DNA of 63,939 bases, filler included, from Pelomyxa schiedti (taxonomy: Eukaryota > Protista > Evosea): assembly GCA_020536535.1 (NCBI GenBank). It is 6 parts of 6 records of this genome, joined end to end, with 100 filler letters (N's around TTAATTAATTAA, not from the genome) between each part and the next. Parts side by side here need not be neighbours in the genome. Positions count along the whole stretch, not along the records: positions 25,221 to 51,528 come from JAHLWZ010000008.1; positions 51,629 to 57,254 come from JAHLWZ010001484.1; 4 more parts are not named here. One strand, 5' to 3'. The notes beneath the pieces were generated by a model, which was not told the DNA's origin, made no database searches, and saw nothing but the letters and a program-made list of their open reading frames with translations. How positions within the stretch are numbered: position 1 is the first letter of the stretch; each line of letters starts with the position of its first letter. This document shows, piece after piece, positions 45,336-56,457 of this stretch. A program made the translations under genes and the position numbers.

Positions 45336-48073
45336 TTAAATCACCACGGCGAAGAGACACCACAACGAAAATACTTGGTAGTTTATAATAATTGAATGAG
45401 GTCTTTTGCTGGCACAGAGAACGTTTTTGTTTTTATAGTGGTGTGCTTTAGACCTGTGTGATTCACAATTCAACTCAGTTCTTCTCATAAAATAATACTG
45501 ATGGATGGAGGTGGCCTAGAAGGCAACGGTGTTGCACAGAAGCCCATTCTCCTACCTTTTGTTGTTGTGCATAAGTGAGTATATAGTGTCATTTGGATGT
45601 TGTATGTGTATTGGGAGGTGTGTTTACATAGGTGACTAAGCTGTCATCAAAAGAAAGCCATGAGTGCATTTGCTTCTTCCAGAAGAAGCAGTTGTAGTGA
45701 TTCCGCCAGAAGCAAATCATACCGGANNNNNNNNNNNNNNNNNNNNNNNNNNNNNNNNNNNNNNNNNNNNNNNNNNNNNNNNNNNNNNNNNNNNNNNNNN
45801 NNNNNNNNNNNNNNNNNNNNNNNNNNGTGTATTGGGAGGTGTGTTTACATAGGTGACTAAGCTGTCATCAAAAGAAAGCCATGAGTGCATTTGCTTCTTC
45901 CAGAAGAAGCAGTTGTAGTGATTCCGCCAGAAGCAAATCATACCGGAAAATTCCAGCGTGGTTTTGTTAGCCATGTTGAATATATCCGGCAAGTGCAGCT
46001 GCCGGTTGGAACCAATAAGATTGAGAACTCCCTCAATATCTGCAAGGAAGATTAGGTTTGGTAAATTCTGGCCGTAAGAGAACCTGATGCCGGCGGGTCT
46101 TCTGAAGCCCATACAAGTCCAACTCCAACTACGACAGGGTTATTCATTAAATGCTGTACAAATGGAGATTTGACAGAGCAACGCGGCTGTAAAAAAAGTA
46201 AGAGAAGCCTTGAGTGAAAGTGAAAGTACATTTGGGCAGCTGCAGTGTTCTTCCTGAAGTGTATAGTTGATAAGAAAGCCTAAGCGCTGATCCGGCCATA
46301 AACAATGGTAACGCCTGTGAAACAGTTTATTTGGGGAACTGGAGGACAGAATGATAACCTCAATACATTCACATTGACATACAAAATGAAGCTTTCATGA
46401 AGTTGTACAACCGGGGTGCAACATTTTGGACATGAAAACTTGGTTTAGTAAGTTCCTCTGCTACAGCTGCAAAGAAATTGAATTCTTACTTGCTTTGTAA
46501 AAGAGAGCCCAAATGAGGAGTGAACGAGGCATGGTGGATTGCATTTTCCTGACTTGCTTCCTCCCACAAGTAAATGGGATGTGTTGTCAGTTCTTGGCCG
46601 AAGGCTGCAATGAAGAAGCCACATAATTTCCTCCTTTTACAAATTAGATGGAGAGAAACGAGCGGAAACTTGCGTAAGCTTCTGCAGCATCTTCCTATTT
46701 TGTAATTAAAATAGGCGTAGTGTTTCGGAACGTACCAGTTGGCCAATTTGAAACTTTGATTGCTGTGCAAAGAGTACATGCAATGTAAAACGCAGCGTAT
46801 CGGGAGGAATACTGTCCGTATTTGAAATCCTAAATTGCTGGAATATATACTGTAGAAGTGGTCAATACCGGCTAGTGTAGTAGACTATTTATAATAGTAT
46901 TATGCACACCGCCAAAGCACAGAATACGCACGCGGTGGTGTTGTGGAAGTGGCCGTGCTGGTGCTCAAACCACAGCAAAAAAGACGAGAGGTGCCACAGA
47001 GCCTGTAGCACCACGTTCACGAAGCAGTTATTGTGCCCAAAAGGGTTATTAAGCCCCTTGTCACACCCCTCGCCGATAATCACAGGCATAGGCGGCAGAG
47101 GTACATATCCGCCACCGACGTGAACGAGAGTGTCGCCGCATTGGTTACCGCTGCTGCCGCCACTGCTAGTAACAGCAACACCCGGCATCATTGGCATTGG
47201 CATTGTCATTGGCATTGTCATCATGGGCATTGGAACCGGCATTGCCATTGTCATTGCGGTTGGCATTGGCATCGGCATGACATTTACCTGCTGAATTGTC
47301 CCCTGCGCTCCCATCTTCATCATCATCATCATCGATGGCGGCTGTGTAACAAGTTCCGCAGGCTGCTGGTGCGCGGGAGGATGAGTACCAGGGGCTGGGG
47401 GAGGGGGCGTAGTACTGGTAAGGGCGAGGCCATGAAGGGCCGACGCCGACGGCATAGGCTGAGGCTGAGGCGGAGGAGGAGGCGGAGGCGGGGGAGGAGA
47501 AAGGGGAGGAGGAGGCGGAACAAGCGGCGGAGGCGGAGGAGGGGGAGGGGGAGGGGGAGAGCGGGACGCGTACTGGTGCTGCTGCTGCTGGTGCGTGATG
47601 ACGCAGGGGTCGTCGGTGGTTGTACACTGCAATAATGACACCCCGGGGTGTGTATGCTGCGCGTGAGCGTGCGCACCACTACCGCCACAGCCGCAGACGC
47701 AGCCTCCCAGTGGTGGTGGTGGTGGCGGCGGTTGTTCCCAGCACTGCGCGGGGGCGGGGGTTGGGCTCGGGCCCCGCGGTGGTGGTGGGGGCGGGGGAGG
47801 CGGAGGGCCCCGGTGGTCGGCAAGGGGAGGAGCGGTGGGGAAAAAAAGCTGTTGCTGCGGCTGCTGAAGCTGAATGGGCGGCGGCGGCGGGGGGTAAGAG
47901 TGCAGGTGCTGCTGCTGATGCTGATGGTGGTCCTGAGGAGGAAGGGGGAGGGGGGAGGCGGGCTGTACCACCACCAGGGGGACACCACCGCTCACGGCGT
48001 ATGACGATGGGTAGTAGGTGTGCTGAGGCTGGGGCGGTGTGGGCAGAGAAAACACAAGCGCGTCCCGCATCAT
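45336..48073 (-). CDS. USP53/54-like ubiquitin-specific protease with poly-Pro/Met-rich N-terminus, multi-exon (3' end approximate)
   Basis: Cys box KGLNNPFGHNNCFVNVVLQALWHL..ACVFCAL; FQIGQL|.EDAAE; His box GMICFWRNHY..WLSFDD; GEWASVQHRC..HPSVLF. Confidence 0.8.
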
Positions 48074-48220
48074 TATATCAAATAATCAACGGACCGGAAC
48101 GCTGTAATTTTCCTTATCGTCGCTCAGGATTGGCGGTGTTTTTTTTATTCAGCCATCTAGCGAGTCTGATTGAGGCTCTGCTGTGGTCATGATCCACCAA
48201 AAAGAAAAGCCTCTTTTTTC

Positions 48221-49480
48221 TCAGCATATGGTAGTGCTGTTGAAGGTAAAACAGGAGGCGTCGAAGGGAACAGTGAAATCACCAACGTGGAACCCTGTGG
48301 CACCATCATGCACTGCAAACTTGATTTCAGTTGCGTCTCTGTCAAACAAGGGGCGGTGTGACGTTGATGCAATGAGGCACGACTTGCTTGTGCCAGTTGA
48401 GGGTGATGCCCATGTGCATGCAACACAAACTGTTGGCGATGACGTCATGTTTCCTGTGTCGAACACCTGGAACTGGTGGGCAGCCTTCAAGAAAACATGG
48501 CTGGTGCCAACTGGGAGGACAGTGGCATACTGTGGAAACTGAGCAGCTGGCTTTCCTGTTGCACCATCCAGAACGAAGGACGCGTTCCTGGAATAGTCGT
48601 AATGAAGTGTACACATGGAGCCATCGGGCCTCCACAGGACCTTTTGTGTGGGCCTGTTACTGCAGAGAACCAATGGAGAAACCAATTTCCCTTGGTTGGT
48701 GCTGGCTTCCAAATCACAGAAGTTCACATTGTATCTGCCTGGCTGCACCTTTGAAGGTGTAAACAGCATTAACACATCATCATTTACTGGTGAAAACTGG
48801 AGGGTTCCCACCTCCACCCCACTAAAATGCAACTCAGGTTGAACCACGGCACCAGCAACAACCCTCCAAACACTCATTTCTCCAGGCGATGGGAATCCCA
48901 CAATCCACTTCCTGTTGCACACCAGCTCGCTACATGGTGAACGAACAGTCCCAACTGGTTGTGGTGGCATCCCATCATCGCCAACCTCAACAATGGTGTG
49001 TTCCATCACAGAGGTGCCAGTAACAGGCCACAAAAGCATGAACCTGTTGTGACCCACACAACCATACACAATGACAGACTCACTGCTAAACCACGAGTGC
49101 CTGACGAGGCCCAGTGTTGGTGACACACTCACAAACAAGAGGTGTGCACTGATTGGGAGCCTGAACACAGCTTCATCACACGCCCTGAGAACCCAATCCT
49201 CAGCCCACATCCTGAAAAGTGCTGTTGATTGAATCCATTGGATCATTGACTGTGGAACACAACAACAGTCACCCTCCCTTCTTTTGGCAAAGAGAGCAAG
49301 TTTGGGGAGTGTTTTCGGTTTTGGTTTTGTTTTTGTTTTTGTTTTCGTTGATCGCCTTGTTTCGGCGATTGGGGCACAAAGCACGGCCATCACTTGTGAC
49401 TTGGCCGTTGTTGTTTTTGTTGTTTGCGAAGGAGTAGTCGTTCTTTGTGGTTGTGTGGTTGTGGATTCGTTTCCTGCCAT
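48221..49480 (-). CDS. Lineage-specific family, tandem copy 3 (apparently intact, intronless)
   Basis: MAGNESTTT..FRMWAEDWVL..VSVSPTLGLVRHSWF..CNRKWIVG..HDGATGFHVGDFTV; open from 49480 to stop. Confidence 0.7.
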   Translation of the reverse strand: MAGNESTTTQPQRTTTPSQTTKTTTAKSQVMAVLCAPIAETRRSTKTKTKTKPKPKTLPKLALFAKRREGDCCCVPQSMIQWIQSTALFRMWAEDWVLRACDEAVFRLPISAHLLFVSVSPTLGLVRHSWFSSESVIVYGCVGHNRFMLLWPVTGTSVMEHTIVEVGDDGMPPQPVGTVRSPCSELVCNRKWIVGFPSPGEMSVWRVVAGAVVQPELHFSGVEVGTLQFSPVNDDVLMLFTPSKVQPGRYNVNFCDLEASTNQGKLVSPLVLCSNRPTQKVLWRPDGSMCTLHYDYSRNASFVLDGATGKPAAQFPQYATVLPVGTSHVFLKAAHQFQVFDTGNMTSSPTVCVACTWASPSTGTSKSCLIASTSHRPLFDRDATEIKFAVHDGATGFHVGDFTVPFDASCFTFNSTTIC

Positions 49481-49559
49481 CACTTCCGGTTTCGTGAACT
49501 TTGATGGGTTCTTTTTTCCAAGAAGGGAATGATGATGGGAGGGGAGTTTGTGAACAGGG

Positions 49560-50359
49560 TCAACTGTTCTCCATCTCATTGAAGGCACAAGGGGAGGAGG
49601 GAACAGTGAGAGTGGTGAAATCACCAACATGGAACCCAGTGTCACCCTCATGCACTGCAAATGTGCTTTCCTTGCATCTTCTGCAACGAGGCATGACTTG
49701 CGTGTGCTTTGTGATGGTGCTGCCCATGTGCATGGAACACAAATGGTTGGTGTTGATGTCATGTTTCCTGTGTTGAACACCTGGAACTGGTTGTCAGCCC
49801 TCACAAACACATGCATGGTTCCCACTGGAATGACTTTGGAGTTCCATGGAAAATGCACCACTCACTTGCTGGTTGTGTTCCAAGCTCTTGAGGGTATTCT
49901 TGAAGAGACCACAACAACGTCATCATTAAGTGGTGAAAAATGAAGCATCGATGTGGGTGACATCTCATCAAAATACAGCTGAAAAGTACAACCAGGTTGA
50001 ACCGCATCACCATCAACAACCCTCCAAACACTCATTTCACTATATTTGTGGGATCCAACAATCCACTTTCTGTTGCAATACAGCCGTGTACATTGCGTAT
50101 CCACAGTCCCAACTGGTCTTGGCTCTGCTCCATCACAGCCAACTTCCACAATTGCGTGTTCCAGCAGAGAGCCTGCAGTGAGGTGCCAATTAGTCAGGAT
50201 CCTGTTGTGACCCACACTCACTCAAGTCTTTGGGGTTTTGGGGGAATGAAGCTGATTATTTTATTCACCACTTGAATGGTGATGATTTAATCCAACAACA
50301 AAATGACTTCCCGAAAAAGGGAAGCAATCAAGTGTGGTTGTGGATTCGTTTCCTGCCAT
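49560..50359 (-). pseudogene. Lineage-specific family, tandem copy 2 (deleted, frameshifted, premature stop)
   Basis: Same MAGNESTTT start and FHVGDFT..AFNEMENS end; lacks the SPTLG block, stop at 49862, frameshift near 49660. Confidence 0.75.
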
Positions 50360-50432
50360 CACTTCCAGTTTTGTGGACTTTGATGGAAGGAATGATGATG
50401 GGGAGAGGAGTTTGTATTGAACGTAACCAGTG

Positions 50433-51528
50433 TCAACTGTTCTCAATCTCATTGAAGGCACAAGGGGAGGAGTCACAGGGAACAGTGAAGTCACCAACAT
50501 GGAACCCTGTGACACCCTCATGCACTGCAAATGTAATTTTTGTGGCACGTCTGTCACGGTGGTGTGATGTTGATGCAATGAGGCATGACTTTCGTGTGCT
50601 TGGTGATGGTGATGCCCATGTGCACGGAACACAAACTGTTGGTGTTGATGTCATGTTTCCTGCGTTGAACACCTGGAAGTTGGAATAAGACCTCACAAAC
50701 ACATAAGCAGTGCCAATTGGAACCACAGTGGAGAACCGCGGAAAATCCAGCACTCGCTGGCCGGTTGCGTTGTCCAAAACGAAGTAAATAAACTTGCTAT
50801 AGTTACAATGCAGTGTGCACATTGAGCCATCAGGCCTCCACAGTAGACTAATTGGGATGGTATAACTATTTGGAGTCATGAAGCTGCACAGTACCGATGA
50901 TGTCACAACCAATTTCCCTTGGTTGGTGCTTGCTTCCAAGTCACAATAAGTCACACTGCAGCAGCCTGACTGTGTTTTTGGGGCTACAAACACCATAAGA
51001 ACATCATCATTGAACGGCGAAAAGTGAAGTATTGTAGAGCTTGATACCCAATCAAAAGTACAACCAGGTTGAACTGCATCACCATCAACAACCCTCCAAA
51101 CACTCATTCCACTCTTCTTGGGGAATCCCACGATCCACTTCCTGTTGCAACACGGACGGGAACACGAAGGTGCAGTTCCAACAGGTTTTGGTGGCACTCC
51201 ATCATCACCAACTTCCACAATTGTTGGTCTAATCCAACAAGTGCCAGTCTCAGGCCATTTAAACATGATCCTGTTGTAACCCAGACAACCATACACAACA
51301 GCATCATGATGGCTTGGAAACCAGGAGTGCCTGACCAGTCCCAGTGTTGGTGACACACTCACAAACAAGAAGTGCTCTCTTATTGGAAGCCTGAACACAG
51401 CTTCATCACACGGCCTGAGAACCCAATCCTCAGCCCACATCCTGAACACTGTGGTTGATTGAATCCACTCAATCATGGACTGTGAAACACAACAACCACG
51501 ACCACCAACACCAAGCCACAAGGAAAGA
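50433..51528 (-). CDS. Lineage-specific family, tandem copy 1 (5' end in gap)
   Basis: 362-aa open frame collinear with copy 3. Confidence 0.7.
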
Positions 51529-51969
51529 NNNNNNNNNNNNNNNNNNNNNNNNNNNNNNNNNNNNNNNNNNNNTTAATTAATTAANNNNNNNNNNNNNNNN
51601 NNNNNNNNNNNNNNNNNNNNNNNNNNNNAGAAACTGGCAACAGTGAAAGTTTATTGAAGGTTGGAAACGTGTTGCAAGAGCAGACTCTGGATGATGTTGT
51701 CTCTACCACGGCAGCAATACTGCAACCATTCTCAACGTTGACCTCACTCGCGCGCCAATTCATCAAAAACACTTTGTCTGATTTAAGTAACATTGTGTTG
51801 TTGTGGGGTTATAACATAAACTTCAAATCAGGAGCTCAGTCCTGGAGGATGCAAAGTCTGCACACACAACATTGAACATTGATGTCGTGGAACAACTGCA
51901 AGTTGATTGAAAATGAATGAACGAAAACGAACGAATCAAAAAACTCCACAACTTCAACAAACGTTGGGA

Positions 51970-53385
51970 ATGGGCAACACAACCAGCAGCACAAACAGAA
52001 AGTCAACTCCCGCCACATCGTCACCACCCACAGCAGCAGTATTTCCGCCTTGTGCACACAGCGCACCCACAATCACCCTCGACGTCGCCCTGTCTGCCGC
52101 GGACCAGTTCGTCGCGTTCGCGTGCGGGTCGGCCGTGGCCAGGACCAGCCAGGCGTCGCCAGCAACGCGGCTCCTCGCCTCGTCGCCGTCGGTGCTCGCG
52201 CAGCTCGGGCGGGACTGGGTGGTGTGCGGGTGCCGGGACGTGGCGGGGACCGTGTCGGTGGAGATCACGCGGCCCGGCGACCAGTGGAGGAGCTACGCCA
52301 AGGCGCACTTGTGGCTGTGCCTGTCCCCGACTCTGGGCGTCGTGAGGTCCGCGCAGTTCGTGGTGACCTACGATGACCAGGAATTCGGCCAGCTGATCGG
52401 CCACATTGGGCGTGTGTCGCCACCACAACCACCACCACAACCACCATCGTCGTCATCATCTTCATCATCATCATCATCGGCGTCGGCGGGAGAGGTAGGG
52501 GCCTCGGAGGCTACAATGACGCAAAGTACAAGCAGGACTGAAGGTGAGAGTGAGAGGCTGGTTGTGGTGAAGAAGGGCCCTGGGGTAGTTGGGGTTGCCA
52601 TGGAGATTGTCAGTGGCAGTGGGCGCAGGGTGTCTGCGCACATGGGCTATACAACGGATTGGTCCCCTGATGTTGTGAACCACCAGTTGTGCAACAGAAG
52701 GTGGATTGTGTTGACCGAGGGAACGGGGGTGGCATTGTGGAGGCTGGGTGGTCCTGACGACGTTCTGCTGGGTGGCAGAGCCGCAAAAATCAGTGTGACT
52801 CAGCACCCTATCGATGCTGCATTCTATGAGGATGATCCTGACGTGTTGCTCGTGACAGCTTCAAACCCAACAGATGGAGGGTTGACGTCTTTCCTGTGGC
52901 ACATTGACTTGAAGGAGAGCTTCAACCAGAGGGAGCTTGTGCTCAAGAGTGAGCCGTTGCCTCTCCCAATGGACCTCAGATGGTGGCATCACATTGGCAT
53001 TCTGGGTTGTGATCCCATTCGCATTGTTTCTGTTGGGAAGCATGGTGCGGGTTTCAACATCTTCGACACCACCACCAAACATACCAACACCTTTCATGGC
53101 TTGCCGTGGCAAATCAGTTGCACCCTTTTTGGTGCAGCACCATCAGATGATGTTTTCCAGGTGTTCCACGCCAGAAACCTCTCAACACCATGCTGCACCG
53201 TCCACTGTGAGAGAGTTATACCACATGCACAAGATGGTTCCCGAATGAAGTTTCTGGGGAGCCCACAGGTCCAGTTTGTGGGTGGAGTTCTTTTGTGGGG
53301 TTGTGTGTCACAACCAGGCAGGTATGTAATCACTGATGCTGAGACCGACACTCTTCTGGCTTTCCTCAGCTACTCCTCCTCCTGA
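51970..53385 (+). CDS. Intronless lineage-specific protein with MGNTTSS start, related to the 48-51 kb and 61-64 kb families
   Basis: AADQFVAFACGSAVARTSQASPATRLL..LGRDWVV; CLSPTLGVV; LCNRRWIV; terminal VITDAETDTLLAFL. Confidence 0.7.
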   Translation: MGNTTSSTNRKSTPATSSPPTAAVFPPCAHSAPTITLDVALSAADQFVAFACGSAVARTSQASPATRLLASSPSVLAQLGRDWVVCGCRDVAGTVSVEITRPGDQWRSYAKAHLWLCLSPTLGVVRSAQFVVTYDDQEFGQLIGHIGRVSPPQPPPQPPSSSSSSSSSSSASAGEVGASEATMTQSTSRTEGESERLVVVKKGPGVVGVAMEIVSGSGRRVSAHMGYTTDWSPDVVNHQLCNRRWIVLTEGTGVALWRLGGPDDVLLGGRAAKISVTQHPIDAAFYEDDPDVLLVTASNPTDGGLTSFLWHIDLKESFNQRELVLKSEPLPLPMDLRWWHHIGILGCDPIRIVSVGKHGAGFNIFDTTTKHTNTFHGLPWQISCTLFGAAPSDDVFQVFHARNLSTPCCTVHCERVIPHAQDGSRMKFLGSPQVQFVGGVLLWGCVSQPGRYVITDAETDTLLAFLSYSSS

Positions 53386-54166
53386 GTTTAGTAGTAGAAA
53401 AAACGTTTGCTTGTTCCGTCCATCATCCTCGCTGTATTTCGCGTTCTTCTCCACCACCAAGTTTATTTCAATTACAACATCAGTAACAATCATCACCCTC
53501 TGCTGTGCTGTGTGATGAACAACAACGGGGCTTTGGAAGGAAAGGAAAGCACCCAATTTGAGTTTTAAACTATCCAATTTGAGAAAGCTTGACTTTATGT
53601 TTAATTTTGCCTCAAAGACCCTCTGCATTCTTTGATTAGATTCCAGAAGCAACAGCCACAGTGATCTGAGTCAAATGTGGAAATTCCACAGCAAGAACAA
53701 CCAGCTCTGACATTGGATCCAAAACCTCCATCTTGTTGTCAAAAATCCTGAAGATAAAACCTGACTCTGCTGACAAGACCGAACAGAACTCCAATCGTTC
53801 CACCATCTGCACAATGAAAATACGTTTTCCAAATAGACTTTCCCTAATTTATAATTAATCAGTTTTGCAGCACGTGTTGGCGATTTTTTGGTACAACTCG
53901 ATTTTCGCCACCCACAACTTGGTGTTTTCCAAGTAGCGCCAACTGACAACAACAGACAACAGCACGGCAATGGCCAATGTCAACAAACAACAACAACAAC
54001 AACAGAAACAACAGCAGTATGACCAACCAACAACAAGCAGCAACAACCACCGGCTGTCAACAACGCGGAAACGAACCAGCTGACAATCGGGGGGAAAAAA
54101 AGAGAAAAAGTACAAAAAATGGTTTCTTTTTTATTTAGCGGGGGGGAAAACGAGAAAAGCCAACGA

Positions 54167-54278
54167 GACGACGGAGCAGACCAGACGACGGAACGGAGCA
54201 GGCGGCGGAGCGGACTGGACGACGGAGCGGGGCAGACCAGGCGACGGAGCGGAGCAGACCAGGCGACGGAGCAGACTC
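54167..54278. repeat. GACGGAGC/AGACCAGGC-based minisatellite
   Basis: About 6 imperfect units read directly. Confidence 0.7.
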
Positions 54279-54687
54279 GAAAAAACACTGCACTACAAGT
54301 TGATAGCAAAACAATGGCACCACCACATAAATAAACACAGAGACAAACAAAAAAAAAACCTTGTTTGGGTACCGACGAGTGGCTTTGCGGTTGAATTAAA
54401 AAAAAAGTGTGTGATCACGAAGGCTTTTATTTGATCGAAAGAACGTATGGAAAGCAACTGTAAATCAACGGGCCTTCGTGGACTGTGAAGTACAGGAAAA
54501 AAACAAAAAAAACCTAAGTCCGACGGGACGTCCGGTGCTGCACCTCCGATTCCTGTGGTCATCTTCGTTTTTTTGCTGTTGTGGTTCAAGGTTTCGTTGC
54601 GTTGGGTCTCGCTACCATTGTGTTTTTTACCTGCGTCTGACACACTAGGGAAGTAGGTGGTGGGTGATGGAGAGAACGGTGGATGGG

Positions 54688-54772
54688 TGGGCGTGGGCGT
54701 GGGCGTGGGCGTGGGCGTGGGCGTGGGCGTGGGCGTGGGCGTGGGCACGGGTGTGGGTGTGGGCACGGGTGG
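54688..54772. repeat. (GGCGTG)n hexamer tandem repeat
   Basis: About 10 perfect units followed by degenerate units. Confidence 0.9.
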
Positions 54773-56317
54773 GGCTGGGGGTGCCACAAAAAAAAAATTC
54801 TTTTCATCCAGTTGTTTGTATTGCTGTCACCCTGCTTTTTATTGCCAGTTGTGGTTTGTTGGCCGTTGGCTGTGTTGTTGTGGGTTCTGCCAGTTGGCAT
54901 CCTCCACAGATGAAAAATCGAGTTGTACCAAAAAATCGCCAAAAAGTGCTGGGAAGTCGATTAATTGTAAATTCGGGAAAGTCTATTGGCCTGACGATTC
55001 AAGTTCAGCAGAGCGTGTTGGGTTTGAAAGCCAGTTTCTCTGAAATCTGTCCGTTTTTGGTTGTTGGAACCTTTTTGGGGTTCTCCCTCTCTTAGAAAAG
55101 AACAGAAGAAAATAAATAGAACTTGATCTATTACTGTAACCACGGACCCCAGGGTGCCATGCACCTCGCAGCTTCACGCACTCCCTGTGGGTTGACAACT
55201 GTGCCCCAGGCGTGCAGCGGGTTCTGTGGCAGTGTGGATGTGAGGTGAAAAGTCCGCCACCTAAAAAAATTGTATGTGAGACGCGGAAAAAGAGAAAAGA
55301 GGCCATCCTACCAGTATCACAAGGTGCCAGAAATACAGAAATGCGCGGTGGTGTGCAATGCTGGGAGCCTTGGGTACCAACGCAACCTATCATCCACTGG
55401 AGGTGATCTAAGGGTAGATGAGATGAAAGGAGAACCGTGGGTTAAAGGACAACTTGCCTATATCAGAGTGGGCAACAGCTGACTACAATGGGTAACATCT
55501 ATTGGCATCATCGCTGTTCCAAGCTTGGTCATTCTGGGTGCCTGCCAGCATGTGAGTGGGACCAGGGAAGGCTATGGTGGGTACAAACCGAATTCCAAGT
55601 CAGTGAGGAACAGTTTCCAAAGGTCCGCTTTAGTCTGTGGAAAACGTGAGAGGAAGAAAGAGGAAAGACAAGGGGACCTACCCAACTTCCCAGGCACCAG
55701 CTGGGTGGAGTGAGTGTAAGTTGGGAACACGGCAGAGTGGAGTGTAGGAGCCCAGTGAGCGGGAGTGTTGGTGTGCAAGAGCAAGAGCAAGGGGTGTTAG
55801 TGCCGAGGTGAAACAGGTGAAGGCGGGTAAAGCCTGGCATGCACTATGTTTGTCAGTGGCGTCCATTGTCCTGTTGTTGTTGAGTGGTGATAAGTTAAGG
55901 GAGAGGGAATGCACCTTGGTGATAGATTGTCGGCAGGTCCGCCACCTGAATAATATGTGGGCTGCCTGGGAAAGAAAAAAAAGAAGCCACCTACCAGCAT
56001 CACTGTTCAAAGTGCCGGAAATGCAGGAAAGGGCTGTGGTGTGCAACACTGGAACCTGGGTCTGGGTACCTACGTATCATGGTTGGGGATAATACAAAGG
56101 GAGAGGGGGAGGTGGATTTACCGTGGCGATGACAAGTTGCAACACGACCTGATTATAAAGTGTGAGAACTCGAAAAAGAAAAACAGAGAAGATACCTGTA
56201 GCTCTGGCTTGGTTCGGAAGACTGACTGAGTGCCGCAGGGAATCAGCCCTATGTTGCCGTGAGGAAATGGAACACAACAGTAAGTTTAACACAAGACTAA
56301 GGAAGAACGATACAAGA

Positions 56318-56457
56318 CAAACAAAACAAAACAAAACGAAACAACACGAAATGGAGCGAAACGAAACGAAACGAAACGAAACAAAACAAAACAAAACAAA
56401 ACAAAACAAAACAAAACAAAACAAAACAAAACAAAACAAAACAAAACAAAACAAAAC
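56318..56457. repeat. (AAAAC)n/(AAACG)n pentamer microsatellite
   Basis: Read directly. Confidence 0.92.

Noticed and set aside
45605-45946. Apparent duplicated USP His-box exon
   Set aside because: Identical flanks around a 100-N gap: assembly artifact
48221-49861. 546-aa ORF as a single gene
   Set aside because: Read-through joining the tail of pseudogene copy 2 to intact copy 3, whose paralog-matched start is 49480
54167-54278. CRISPR-like array
   Set aside because: Units are irregular with no unique constant-length spacers, and the context is eukaryotic without cas genes
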